DNA from: the human T2T-CHM13v2.0 reference genome, Homo sapiens
Assembly: GCF_009914755.1 (NCBI RefSeq)
Contig: NC_060927.1
Direction: 5' to 3' (one strand)
Length of the DNA stretch: 64,000 nt
A model generated the notes under the pieces. The model saw only the letters and a list, made by a program, of their open reading frames with translations, had not been told where the DNA came from and did not search any database. Below are positions 1 through 15,153 of the stretch, in pieces. Each line of letters begins with the position of its first letter. Position 1 is the first letter of the stretch. Position numbers and translations under genes: made by a program.

Positions 1-220
1 GTTTCTCCTTTCACACTCTATTTAAAGTGTCTTAGCTAAACACTGTAGGGGTATGCAAACATTAAACTCTTCCTTTGCAGTTAAGATAGGTACGTAAACA
101 ACTGTTAAAGGCTGTTTGATAAGTGCCACATTCCCAACAAAGGAAATGTTCTTGCTGCGGCACATCAGTGACTTCGAGGTACCTTGGCTAGGAAGTGTTC
201 ACATTCACCTTAGCATATCA

Positions 221-250
221 CAATACCATTGCTGCCACCAGGGGGTGCTA
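221..250 (+). promoter_or_regulatory. Candidate CTCF site
   Basis: TGCCACCAGGGGGTGCTA closely matches core CCACCAGGGGGCGC; upstream CAATACC (221-227) resembles the ZF9-11 module. Confidence 0.6.
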
Positions 251-872
251 GAGAGCCACAGCCAAGCAAGTTTGGGCAGGGAATGAGCAAGCTCTCCAGC
301 AATACATCAAAGAATGCATTATACATCCCTACACCGATGCTATCTCTGAACAGGACCATACATGAAGGGTAGGTGCACAAAAGAAATCAGCACCGCCAGC
401 AAGAACTGGGTTTGGAACCATGAGACCATGTGACTCTTAGGTAAATTTGTAACTTCTCTGAGTTTCCATATTTTGTAAAATAAGGGTAATACATGTTATG
501 AGGATCAAATAAGATCATTAATGCAATACATACTGTTAGCCTGGCACAAGTCTCCTCTGACATCAGCAGCATCAGCAGTCATTCCAGAACAGCTACCTTA
601 TTGCCATGCTGCACTTCTCCATAATCATCAGCCCACTGCTGGCCCCAGGGATTCTGACACAAACCCTCCTGGGTCTGTCAAGAACACTTGCAGGCCTTCT
701 GTTTTTTCCCCATTCTGAGAACCTCCCTATTCAGAACAGCCTCCTACACTCTCTGCCTCTTCACAAATGTCTTCCCACCTTCTCCCACAACCTGGCTTTC
801 CTCAGAAGTCATCTGTTCCCCTTCCTATCATTCAGTTCCTACAACACCTGACCCTCAGGGCCTAGACAGTAG

Positions 873-1308
<436 letters not shown>

Positions 1309-2905
1309 TAAGCCACACAGGACTTGCAGAGGCCTTGGTCTCCTGCCATGTTCTCCCTGGCTTCAATATTCAGTATTCAATATCCTGACACGCTAAAGAA
1401 TTACTTCACTACCAAAACAAATGCAAAAATGCCATTCTATCAAAGATCCCATCACCACCTCTGATTCCTACAAAACTAGTTCTCTGATTCCATCACTCCA
1501 AGTCAGCCAACATTTATGAGGCACATTTATGAGCCAGGTGCTGTGTTCATAGCAGGATGCAGCAGCCAGTTAAAGCCACTTCCCTTCTCTCCAGTATAGC
1601 CGTGAACACCTAGTTTCATGTTCTCCACAGCCCAAGCCCTAAAGAAGGCAACATTACTGACAGTCATATTGGCACCTTCAGCTGGTTGACTCCTTCCAAA
1701 CCCTCAAAGGGCAGCTCTAGCATCCTGACCACCCCTTCTTACTCTACTCCTGCTGCTCAGCACTGCTGAAGGAAATCCATCCTACAGAAAAGGAGCTCTT
1801 ACACAACAATGACCTCCAGTCTCAGGGGAGGCCCTTAGTTCTACTCAGCAATCCCTTCCTCACTGACCCTCTTTTCCCTCGTCTTATTCCAACCTTACAG
1901 GCCTTCCCCACCTCCTCACACTCAATGTTTTTGTCCCTTTCCACTAGTACAGAGGAACCCCATTTCTGCCTTTCTTTTCAACACCCCGGCAGATCTATTA
2001 GAGCATCTATTCTTTTCATTCTAGTCCCAAGGAAAGGTCCATTTTCCTCTCCAAATGTAAATCCTTCAATCCTAGTACACTAGGGTTCTAGCCCATTTCA
2101 CCACTGATGGGATATCTTAATCGTCAATTTCTCTCACTCTCTTTTACCTTCAATCCCTCTCAAGTGTCCAATTACCTACTAGGCAATTCTATCTAATTAT
2201 CCTACAGCCTTCCAACTTAACAAATTCAAAGCCACACTTACTATTTCCCCAGAAACTTGCTGTCTCCTTTATTCTAGGTCTCAGTTATCACAAGGAGAGA
2301 AGGAGCAGACCAGAGACCAGAACCCCAAAGTAAGCAGAGAGGGCCTGGCAAAGGGGTCCAGGGCCATAACTGCAGTTAAAAAAGCAGCTAAGACTGGCGC
2401 CTGAGCATCTCAGTGTGGCAAGGTGAAAAGGAGGAGAGAAGGGAAGGAAATGAGGCTGTGAGTGTAGCTGGCCAATGAGGGCACAGGGAGAGGTGCAAAG
2501 GGCTGAGGAGGAGATTTGAGAAGGCAGCCCCTTTGGTCCTATCAGCAGCTTAGAGGAATATGAAGCATGAAACTGTGGAAGCCTCCTTGCTGGCTCCTTT
2601 TTTGAGGAACTGTCTAAAAATGGGAGGCATTCACAAGGTAGTTCTCTTTTCCCTCTGCAGTCTTTAAGATATAAATTTTAAAACTGCAGTTTCTGGGATT
2701 AGAGAAGAAATTGCCAATTATTGAAGTCCAATTTTCTCTAGTTTGGCATGTATCAATCTGTAAGGACTCTCACTTGCCAATCATCCTTTAAAGAAACAGA
2801 TCTGCTCAAAAGTTAAATGTACAGTCTACTGGGACAAAGAAATTTGAACAGCAGTTGTTTATCAGAATGTAGAGTGAGCCAAAATACTTCAGAAAAGAAA
2901 CTACA

Positions 2906-3239
2906 GGCTAGGCGTGGTGGCTCACACCTGTAATCCCAGCATTCTGGGAGGTCAATGCAGGTGGATCACTTGAGGCCAGGAGTTCAAGACCAGCCTGGCC
3001 AACACGGTAAAACCCCGTCTCTACTAAAAATACAAAAATTAGGTGGGCATGGTGGTGGGCACATGCTACTCGGCTACTCGGAGGCTAAGGCAGGAGAATC
3101 ACTTGAACCTGGGGGGCGGAGGATGTAGTGAGCCAAGATCGCACCACTGCACGCCAGTGTGGGTGACAGAGTGAGACTCAGTCTCAAAAAAAAAAAAGAA
3201 AAAGAAAAAGAAAATAAAAGGAAAGGAAAAAAAAAGAAA
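2906..3239 (+). mobile_element. Alu (AluS-like) with A/G-rich tail
   Basis: ggctaggcgtggtggctcac...gtctcaaaaa. Confidence 0.95.
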
Positions 3240-3661
3240 CAAATTACCAAAAATATCAACATTTGAATAAACTGAAAAATAAACATTTTTGCTTATGTTC
3301 CCTTACTTGGAAACAAATGGCAATTACAAATAGGAAGCTGGTAAGTAAAGCCATTTCCTTCTGGAACACAGAGAGTACAGATTTAAAGTGAATACACTTG
3401 TCTACAGCCAAATAGCCTTTTAATTTCTCTGAACTTACTAGAAGTAATGCCTTTCTCATAGAAACCTCACTCTGCAAAGGACACAGCTGCTGGCCTCCAG
3501 CAGTGCCTGCTGGAACTCTGGACAAGTTCCCTGCAACTCCTAGAAAATGATGACGAATTCCTGAAAGCACAGAACAGCCATGGGGTAAGGGTGGGTAGTG
3601 GGAATATTCTGCTACATTCTGGCAAATTTTCGCTTTTCAGATATCTAAAATAGCTACTGAC

Positions 3662-3944
3662 GGCCAGGCGCGGTGGCTCATGCCTGTAATGCCAGCACTT
3701 TGGGAGGCTGAGGCGGGTGGATCACGATGTGAGGAAATTGAGACCATCCTGGCTAACACAGTGAAACCCTGTCTCTACTAAAAATACAAAAAACTTAGCT
3801 GGGCATGGTAGCGGGCGCCTGTTGACCCAGCTATTCAGGAGGCTGAGGCAGGAGAATGGTGTGAACCCAGGAGGTGGAGGTTGCAGTGAGCAGAGAAAGC
3901 GCCACTGCACTCCAGCCTGGGCGACAGAGTGAGACTCTGTCTCA

Positions 3945-3972
<28 letters not shown>
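3662..3972 (+). mobile_element. Alu (AluY-like)
   Basis: Y-type gagaccatcctggctaac, long poly(A), TSD agctactgac on both sides. Confidence 0.95.
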
Positions 3973-3976
<4 letters not shown>

Positions 3977-6900
3977 CTGACACTTAACAGACACAGTTAC
4001 ATGTTTCTCCTGGATATTGGGGAATGTTCTGGAATACAGAAGAAACTATCTGTTAAAGCCTCTCAGTAGCCTGCTTTTAAGTGTGTGGTCTTGTGAAAAA
4101 GAAGCAATACCAGAGTTCTACTCCCAACTCAAAATGCAATTAACACAATGGTCTTTCCTGACCACTCACTAAGGCATGTGTGACCTATGCGCTAAGAGTA
4201 AGACAGCTTCAAGCCTCTGAAGAGACCACAATCTGTGTGGCAAGACAAAATGGCGAAAACACTGAGAAACAGTATTACCAGAAGCTGTGATATGTGAAAC
4301 TAATGTTAAAGTATCTACGATGTTGAACCGACACATATCAGGGAGCCTGCAGATCTCTGGAAGCAAATATTTCATCTTCTGGCAAACCTTAAAAAGCAAG
4401 AACCGAGGGTTTCTGATAAAGTATTAGAGCTTGAGAGCCACGGCCTTCCTTCTGAAAGTTCATGATTACACCTCAGGGTTAAATGATCAGGTGACAAACC
4501 CTTCATCAAGCCTCCCCTGCCCTCACGTGTGACTTTCCCATTTCAGGTCATCTCTACCTTCTGCTTCCTCTAACCCTACTTCTCCTACCTTAAGCAAATC
4601 CCTTTCCAAATCTGGGTCTTAATTTCCTCACAGGAACTGATCAATAACCAAAGTACAACTATATAATATTAAGTAATACAGCCATTTGAAGGGGGAAAAA
4701 GTACAACTCTGTATCAAGTGACAGAGATCCTTGACCAGGATATTGTTCAGTGCTCTGCAAACTGCAGAAAAGTATGTGGTATGTTAGCTGTTGAAAGATG
4801 TATATATACATATATGCATGGAAGCTTATATACACACGAACTATTTCCAAAGGAAAGACAATAATCAGGCAACAGTGGCTGACTCAGGCAAGGGGAACTA
4901 AGTGGCTGGATTGCTCAGGGATGGTACTAGAAGGTGCAAGGGACTTATTTTTCACTGTATACCCTTTATGCTTTTTAAATTTTTACTATGTGCATATATT
5001 ATCTACTCATAAGATTAATTTTTAAAATAAATAAACGTAATCAACTGTGCTAAAATCACCAGAGATTATTACCTAGAATTGGGAACTGCAATAGTGGCTG
5101 AAGCCTGAAACTAGATTAACACAGACATATTTCCTTAGTTTTTTACTAAAAAAACATCGTAAGACGGTTACTTTCCTCTAAATTTTATACCTGTTACAGA
5201 TGAACTTGTGAAATCAGTTTAGGTTTATATTCAACCCACTCATTTTTCCAAACTTATAACCTCACTCTATTATGAGTAAAATATCTGAAAAATCCCATTT
5301 GTGCAACTACTGTCGAGTGTACCCAGCCTATATGTTTTCACACTTCCAGAAATAGAAAAGTCACCACTCCTAAAGCCGCACATCCCAACTCTGAAAAGCC
5401 CTAACTGCTCAGAAGCTCCCCATTTGTTGAGCTGGGCCCTGTGGCTTCTACCTGCACATCTCTTCTGCAGTTAGTACCACGTGCTATACCAAGCACAGAG
5501 GATACCCTTTAAGGTGCTCAGCAAGTAGGAGGGAGAAAGAAAAGAAAATCAACTATTACAATATTCTTAAAGTATAACTAGGGCTATGAGAGAGAAGGGC
5601 ACTGTGCAGACAGAAAAGGGCACCTGACACAGCTGGAGAAGAGGTGACAACAGGTCACAGCTTTATGAGGTAAACAGGAGTTATTCAGGTAAAGAATGAA
5701 AAAACGGCATTTGTGGCAAACAGCAGCACTGTGACAGGTCACAGGGCATTCATGAAATTCCAAGACAGACAAAAATGACACTAAATGACTGGCTAGATAG
5801 GAGGCAGAAAAGAAAGGCCGAGACCAGATCATAAAGGCCTCCTACGAAATCAAGAGCTTTATTCCAGTAGCAACAGAGAAGCCTAAGGTGGCTTTGTGGA
5901 GGGTGCAACAAGAGGTCAGTCCAGAGGAAAGGAGACCAGTTAGAAGACCACTTCCGAATCCAGCAAGAAACAATGAAGGCCCAAACTAAGTGTGAGGCAT
6001 TGGGTCACAAGAGAGGTAGGAAACAAATTTAAGATGTAATTATTAGAGAGAATCAACTAGATTTAGAAAGTATAGGAGAAGGAAACTAGGATCCCTTCTA
6101 CATTTCTGGCCTAGACATGAAAATAGTCATACCCTCCAAAAAAAATCAGGAAACTTCTGCCTCACAAAGAATATCATACCAGCAGTGGCAGCCCAAATGT
6201 GCACTAATAATATTTATACCTGCCAAAGAGGTAACTTAGAAATTATGCTCTATAAAATAATGTGAATGATATGGGAGTACAGTTACAGCTATACCAAGGC
6301 TTCTCCTAACCCAAAATGTACCATGCTAACACTGCTTCCCCTTCAAACATATATATTCACCCGAGCCCCTCCTACCTGCTCTCTCCCACTCCAACTTCCC
6401 CCTGTAACAGGCTCCTAAGACTCAGACACCCATTACCAGCAACATCAGGGCCCTGAGCTCATTCCAAATAACAAACGGTGTATTTTAACTGTTTTAAAGG
6501 AATCAGTAAAAGAAGGTTTTATTTTGTTCAGTCCTGACTGCCACTTCCCACATTGCCTTTGTACTCACAAATCACTACCCATACACTTGCCCAGGAAACC
6601 TTCTCATATCAGCATTCTTTTTTCCTAAGTGTGCCCAGAAATATTCACACTCTGTTCAAAGTCAATAGAAGTACCTAGAACAGAATTCTCTAATAAACCT
6701 TTCACCATTTTGAAATACATTTATTATTTGTTTTTATATGTATCAACATCAAAGGTAAGAATAACAACAAAGAATTAGCTATCAACTTTTTGGAGAATAT
6801 AAGAAGCTTCTCTGCCTGAAAGATGTTCATAGAAACACTGGACCTCAGAGTTGCAAGGGAACTTAAAATTCAGTAACAACCACTCCACAAATACTTGAAT

Positions 6901-7079
6901 TCCTTCTATAACAGCCTTATTGAATGGTTATCCAGTGTAGGTCTGACCTCTTCCAGTGAGAGGAAACACACTACCCTCACCACACCACAGGCTGAAATAC
7001 GAAACTAGTTCCAAAAACAGATGCAAAAAGTAGTGGTTGAAAGGATGATGAGGAATGAGATTTTTTTAAAAGATAGTTT

Positions 7080-7570
7080 CAAATTATCTCCCCACAAATT
7101 ACTTACTAACTATATATAAAGTGAAAAACTTGACAGGGGAGAAATCTGGTGACAAGAGTGTTCGGAGTTACCACCACCAGTCATGGGACAAATTGGCACC
7201 TTGTGCACTGGGAAGGACAGCACCTTTGTGGTATCACTGCCAAAGAGATATTCCTGAATCTAATCATGAAGAAACCTCAGACAACACAAACTGAGGGGCA
7301 TTCTACAAAATTACTGGCCTGTAAGTTTCAAAAATGTTAAGGTCAAAAAACACAAAGAAAGGCTACGGAACTGTTCCAGACTGATAGGGAACTAAGAGAC
7401 ATCAACTAGTAAAAAATTAGCTATGAAGAACATTGTTGTGATAATTGATAAAATGTGACTACTGTGGATTAGATAATAACATAATAATGTCAAATTTTCT
7501 GGTTTTGATCATTGTATTTTGGTTGTATAAAGAATGCCCTTTTTCTTAGAAAATACTCACTGACGTATGG
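7080..7570 (+). mobile_element. Ancient L1 (L1MC/L1ME-type) 3' UTR fragment
   Basis: Resembles old L1 3'-end motifs such as ggaactgttccagactga and ggttgtataaagaatgccc. Confidence 0.5.
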
Positions 7571-8255
7571 GGAGGGGGAGGGAGAGGGAGACTGGAAGGC
7601 AAACAAGTATACTTAAAATGTTGGTATTAGAAAATGAAGGTCAAAAATAAGCACTTATTCACTGGTACATCTGGCAGTATCTTTCAAAGTTTTAAAGACA
7701 CACACATTGGCCTAGCCACTTGACTTCTCAGCAGTAATTTACTATTCAGAAATAAGGCCACAAGTGCACAAAAACTTCTGAACAAAGATGTTCTTAACAT
7801 ATTTATATACATACACACACATATATATGTACATATACACACACAGGGATACACATTAACACACATTTTTTTCTGTGTTTCTATATTCATCAAAAGCAAA
7901 GATTGAAAAATTTTTAAATAAAAGAAATAGCAAAGGTAGAAACATCAATAAAAGATGAACTACCAATTGTTTTCATCATCCCATTACCTGGATTTTGCCT
8001 ATAAAATGAAATGAGGGAAACTGTGTAATGGTGAAGGGAAGCATTGTTTGAAATAATAAAATGCTATTAAAAATCCATGTGTCCCATCAACGAGGTACTT
8101 CACAGATAGCAATATAGCATACATCCATACAATCTCATATTATAAAACCACTAAAGAGAATGAGTGAGAGAAAAAGAAAGATGCCTAGATAAGTTATTCT
8201 GTAGGGGAAAAAGTACTGTTCAACATACATGTCTAAAAATCCCTTTTTTGTTTAA

Positions 8256-8648
<393 letters not shown>

Positions 8649-9563
8649 TAGTCTTACAGTTCTTAAAACATTTCTGTAATATTTAAATTTTCCCAATAAT
8701 CACTGTTGTTTTCTAAGTAGAAAAAAATGAAGATTTTTAAAAATCTATATTAAAGTGGCCAATTTAAATAACTTGGAGCAAATATTATGACAGACACTAC
8801 TCTATAATACTTTTTTTAAAAACTCTACAATAGGTATTCTTATTTATAGTAGCAAGACTATTTTTATTTCCTGAATAAAATCCTATTCAAAAGCCTATAT
8901 AAAGCTGATAAAAGAAACTGAAGTTGGTTGGGTACAGGAGGCACCTCCATGCTCAGCCTCCGACTCTTTGACTTAGGAGAAAACTTACCATGTTTGAGGG
9001 ACCCAGGCAGTCAGAGGCAATGTGAAGAATTCAGCAACAAGTAGCCCAGGCAAGAGATTCTTAAGTGATTGGGTTTAGCCCTTATGGGTAAAGAAGCCTC
9101 ACCACAGGACACATGGGGGCTGCATCTGCTGTACCTTTCTTACACCGTTTCTCCATGAGTGGGAGAACTGTATCCATTCTGTCCAACATGTCTAAAAAGC
9201 CTATCTTACCAATCTCCACCCCTACACCCATCTCCTTTCACCACAGCAGCACAGGCATTATTGGGTCCAACTGTACCCTTTTCAAGCTAGGTCTGGATCT
9301 CTGTTTGAAGAGCCTAAAAGGATGTTAAGTGTTGTGTCATGTGCTAATCAATTAAATGATAGCCACCTTCGTTTTAAAGGATTCAAGAAATTTTAGAGGA
9401 ATAGGCCAAATATTTGAAATATAAATCTGAAAAGACTCAGTACTATTATATCACATCACCAGCGGACCCTTCAGTACAGACAGCAGCCCAGTCCTCAAAC
9501 ACAGCCCTTGCCTCTGTGGCTGGGTGACCCTGTCATGATGTCTGTGGTTAGCCACTCTCTTAC

Positions 9564-9685
9564 CTTGGACTTCGCATGCCAGGTGAAGTGCAGGAAATTT
9601 GTCTCACTGGGTACTAACAGATTAAAGGATAGAGCGTAGTGACTAATAAGGTCATTTCTCACATAATAAAGTTCTGCATCAAGAC
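9564..9685 (-). CDS. RYK: RYK exon 2 (WIF domain, aa 78-118)
   Basis: Acceptor TTTTTTTCTAG|GT at 9686/9685 and donor AAG|GTAAGA at 9564/9563. The 122 nt join exon 1 in frame: GLDAELYYVRNDLISHYALSFNLLVPSETNFLHFTWHAKSK. Confidence 0.97.
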
Positions 9686-11180
9686 CTAGAAAAAAATAGG
9701 AAAAAAATAATTAAACACTTAAAATATTCTCAAAATCATCCCTATCAGTATTTCAAATACAAATAGAGTGAAGATAATATTGATAAGCAAATGAACATCA
9801 CAAATGGCCCTAACATGGGCTGCCTTATGAAGCAAGAAAGACACGGGGTTTTATCATCACCAAGAAAGATGAAGAAATTGAGACTTGAAACAATTAAGCA
9901 GTTATCCAGCTGAAAACAGGTGTGCTAGAACTAGATAGAACTCTGGGAGCCACTCTGTCTTCTGAGGGCCAGTGTGATGCTCTTTCTTCTGGACACAGTG
10001 CTTCTTAGAGGAACAGCTACAAAGAAATGCCCCTTCCCCAAAAAATTTACGTAGACTTAGGAAGGGAGATTCAAAATGAAAGGGAGAAAGGCCCCTCGGA
10101 TAAAACATAAGCCTGAGCCAAGCCTCAAGCCTCCAGCCAGAGATGACCTCCACCTCCTCTGACAACACAAGGTCCTTGCTGTTCTGATAGCATTTACCAT
10201 GGTACACACTTGCACCAGGTGTTTTGCAGGCACATGCTGTCTTCCCTACCAAGACTACAAAGGGAAGAACACTATGTTTTTCATGGTATCTGCAGGACAC
10301 AGCTCTCTGCACAAAACATAAATGCTTGTTAACCAAGAGGTTAGTACTATAGACAAAACAAAAATAAATGAAAAGCCTGGAATGCCGGAGAAGTGACTCC
10401 GAAGTTTCACTCACTCCCATACCACCTTCTCAGCCAGGGCACATACAATCTTCCATACGTATCAGGATCTCAATTTTGTCACACCCTTTTATCCTGCCTG
10501 TATTTAATATTTTTCTTTAAAACTTATTTAATTTGTTAAAATAAAAATTTTTAAGGCAAAATTTAATCACTACTTTTCAGTGGCAAATCAACAGTTACTG
10601 TTAAAAAAAGAGTTATCCAAAAAACAAAAGAAAAACAAATGTACTAAATTCTAGCTCAATTCTGGTGCCTACCAAGAAGGCAGTGAACTTGAGCCTAGCT
10701 CATTGTTTATAAAAAGGGAGGAGGGAGGTATAATCAAGTGTTTGAGAAATGTAAAAAAAAAAAAAAAAATCACACAGAGGATTTCTCCATGATCATCCAA
10801 GGAACTGAAAGACTAAGAGCAGGGAGTAACTTTCTCTTGAATTGATTTACTGTTATTTAAAGTTCTATCCAGGTGTCCCTCTAGTAATACATGACATATA
10901 TATTCCACAAGTTAGAGGGGGAAAGATACTGAGGAGAACAGCCAAAATGCAAATTTCACATTTACTGAGCCGGCACTATGGGGTCTGAAACCTCACAGTA
11001 TGCAGAGAGGTCAAGATGGAGATCTCATACCTCCTAAGAATATAGACCTAGAAACAAATCACTCTCCTACAGGTATTTATCCTGTAAAATTAGTTTTCTC
11101 GTTTCTGAACTAGGTGTAATAAAATCATTAATGCAGAAATGAAATTTAAGGCACGCCACATAGGGGAAAGCTGCTGAACT

Positions 11181-12193
11181 TGTAGGGTCCAACCCTACAG
11201 GGCCTGTGGGTTTTTCTCCTTGTGTGCGGAGCCCAGAGATCGTAGAAATAAAGACACAAGACAAAGAAATAGAAAAAAGGCAGCTGGGCCTGGGGGACCA
11301 CTACCACCAAGATGTGGAGACCGGTAGTGGCCCTGAATGCCTGGCTGTGCTGTTATTTATTGTATACAAGGCAAGGGGGCAGGGTAAGGAGTGTGAGTCA
11401 TCTCCAATGATAGGTAAGGTCACATAAGTCACGTGTCCGACGGACAGGGGGCCAGCCCTTCCCTATTTGGTAGCTGAGGTGGAGAGAGAGAGGGGGCAGC
11501 TTATGTCATTATTTCTTCTATGCATTTCTCGGAGAGATCAAAGATTTTAATACTTTAATTCTGCTACTGCTACCTAGAAGGCAGAGCCAGGTGTACAGGA
11601 TGGAACATGAAAGTGGACCAGGAACGTGATTGCTAAAGCATAGCATCGCAGGGAGACGTTTAGGCCTCCAGATGGCTGCGGGCGGGCCTGACTCATGTCA
11701 GGCCTTCCACAAGAGGTGGTGGAGCAGAGTCTTCTCTAACTCCCCCGGGGAAAGGGAGAGTCCCTTTCCTGGTCTGCTAAGTAACAGGTGCCTTCCCAGG
11801 CACTGGCGCTACCACTAGACCAAGGTCTGCTAAGTAACGGGTGCCTTCCCAGGCACTGGCGTTACCGCTAGACCAAGGAGCCCTCTAGTGGCCCTATCCG
11901 GGCTTGACAGAGGGCTCACACTCTTGTCTTCTGGTCACTTCTCACCATGTCCCTTCAGCTCCTATCTCTGTATGGCCTGGTTTTTTCTAGGTTGTAATTG
12001 TAGAACAGAGATTATTATAATATTGGAATAAAGAGTAATGCTACAAACTAATGATTAATCATATTCATATATAATCATATCTATATTCTATTTCTAGTAT
12101 AACTATTCTTGTTCTATATATTTTCTTTATTATACTGGAACAGCTTGTGCCTTCAGTCTCTTGCCCCGGCACCTGGGTGGCTTGCCATCCACA
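11181..12193 (-). mobile_element. LTR13-type (HERV-K13/HML-4) solo LTR, 1013 bp
   Basis: Minus strand begins TGTGGATGGCAAGCCACCCAGGTGCC and ends ...CCCTACA (TG...CA). Flanks gaact/gcact form a 5-bp TSD with one mismatch. AATAAA on minus at 11361-11356. Confidence 0.88.
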
Positions 12194-12719
12194 GCACTAG
12201 CTGGGTAGCACTGCTTTTATTTATCCTAAAAAAGATACTGAAAGCAGAGACAGAAATGTAGACCCTTCTGCAAAAGCCTCTCCCTGCTGGCAGGAGTGTT
12301 AGCAAACATCCAGGAATGGAGGATTGGTGGTGCTGGAGAAAGGGGTTAGAGGAAAAATTGTAAATAATTTAAATTTGCCTTTTTTCTTACGTCTGGGTCT
12401 TAGTCTAGTCTAGATAGGTGCTGTTTACTTAGAAATATATGTCAGATAAATAAAAAGAAGAAAATTACATGAGGCAGTACTGACATGAGACAAACTAGGA
12501 CTCAAGTTGAAAGGATTTCATACTAAATGTATTAATATAAAATTTACTAATGAGTTCATATTAATAAAAAACACAAGAAGATACAGTAGTACAACTGAAA
12601 AAAAAAAGGGCTTCAAATATAGAAAGCAAAAACCAACGGACAAAAAGGCAAAAAGAAACACACAAATCCACAATCACAATTGGAAACTAACATCCTCTCA
12701 GAAATCAAAAGATCAAAAC

Positions 12720-13030
12720 AGTTGGGCATGGTGTTACACCTGTAATCCCAGCTCTTTGGGAGGCTGAAACGAGAGGATCCATTGAGGCTAGGAGTTCAAG
12801 ACCAGCCTGGGCAACACAGCAACAACCCATCTCTATAAAAAACTTTTTTTAAATTAGCTGGGAGTGGTGGTACACACCTGTAGTACTAACTACTCAGGAG
12901 GATGAGGCATGAGGATGGCTTGAGCTCAGGAATTTGAGGTTACCATGAGCTATGATCACACCACTGTACTCCCGTCTATGTAACACAAGACCCTCTCTCT
13001 TTAAAAAATAAAAAGATCAAAAAAAAAAAA
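12720..13030 (+). mobile_element. Alu (AluJ-like)
   Basis: Diverged Alu dimer flanked by aaaagatcaaa. Confidence 0.9.
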
Positions 13031-14786
13031 GATCAAAGGTCACCAAATTGAGTGTGGACATAGATGATTTGAACATATAATTATGGGACATGAAAAAGTG
13101 AGGGGGGATTAATCATGAATTAGACCACATGCATTTAAAATTTTTTTAAAATATAAAAACAGATTCAAACCAAAATCATACAGGCTACCTTCCCTGATCA
13201 AATACCATATGATAAAGATATTAACTATAAGGATGAAGCCAAAAGAGTATTATTTGAAAAGATTAATAAAACAGTTAAACCCTTCACAAGGCTGATCAAG
13301 GAAAAAAGAGAAAAAACACCAAACACAAATTACCAATACTAGGAATGAAAATGAAACATTACTACAAATCCTATAGATGTTAAAAAGATAAAAAGATTAT
13401 TATAAACAACTTTGATAATAAAATCAACAAATTAGATGAAACAGAAGCACCCTTTAAAAACATAATTTACCAAACTAAAAGAAATAAAAATTTCAATTAA
13501 AAACCTATCCCAAAAGAAAGCTCCAGGTCCAAATGGCTTCATTAGTGAATTCTATCAAACATTTAGGGAAGACACAACACCAATCTTACATAAACTCTAT
13601 CAGAAAATAGTTGAAGAGAATACTTCCTAACTCATCTGATGAGGCCAGCAGCATCATATTGATACAAAAAACTTACTAAAACATAATGAGAAAAGAAAAT
13701 TACAGAACAACATCCCTTATGAACATAGATTCATTCTCCACAAAATATTAGCAAATTCAATACAAGAATACATAAAAGGATTAACACATCATGACCAACT
13801 ATATATGAAAGGTTAACTTTTTAAAAATCAGTATAATTTACCATATTAACAAAATAAAAACCCGTATCATCTCGATACAGAAAAAGCATTTGACAAAATT
13901 CAAAACCTATTAATGATAAAAACTGTCAACAAACTAGGAATAGACAGAAACTTTCTTAGTTTGGTAAAGAACATTAAAAAAACCCTACAGCTAATATCAT
14001 ACTCAATGGTAAATTATTAAATCCTTATTCCTAAGATCAGAAACAAGGCAAAGATGTCCACTTCCACAACTTCCATTCAACCTTGTACCGGAGGTCCTAG
14101 CCAATGTATTAAGACATAAAAAGCACAAGGATGAAGTAAAACTGTCATTGTTCACAGATGACATAATCATATGTATAGAAAACACTGTGAAATCTACTAA
14201 AATACTACTAAAACCAACTAGTGAATTTAGCAAGGTCTCAGAATACAAAGCCAATACTTTAACATCAATTGTATTTCTATATTAGCAAGAACTAGAAAAT
14301 AAAACTTAAAAAATCAATACTATAACATTAAAAAACACCAGGGACCTAGGAATAACTCTAAAGCTATGTAAGATCTCTACACTGAAAACTATAAAACATG
14401 GCTAAGAAAAATTAGAGAAGACCTTAAAAAGTGGAGAGACATACTGTACCATTCTCCTTAGATAAGCCTGAATACTGTTAACATGTCAAGTCTCTCATAT
14501 TGATCTGCAGATTCAAAGTAATCTTAATCAAAATCTCAATAGATTTTTTTGAAAAAATAAATTAATCGTGAAATTTACATGCCAACAACGATCTTGAAAA
14601 TGAAAATGCCTTGGAAGAGGAACAAGGCAATTCAACTTTAGTATTTTCAACAAGCGATGTAAAGCAACTAGATGCATAAATATACAGAGAAAAAAAAAAC
14701 CTTAAAATGAAAATTAAAACCACAATGAGATACCACCTCATTCCTGTTAGGACAGCTATTATACTGCTGGTAGGATTATAAACTAG

Positions 14787-15118
<332 letters not shown>

Positions 15119-15153
15119 TGACTTTGGAGGTTCTTTAAAAAATTAAAAGTTAA

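Noticed and set aside
9902-10420. 172-aa ORF just upstream of exon 2
   Set aside because: No recognisable domain or splice support; probably overlaps decayed SINE/L2 sequence.
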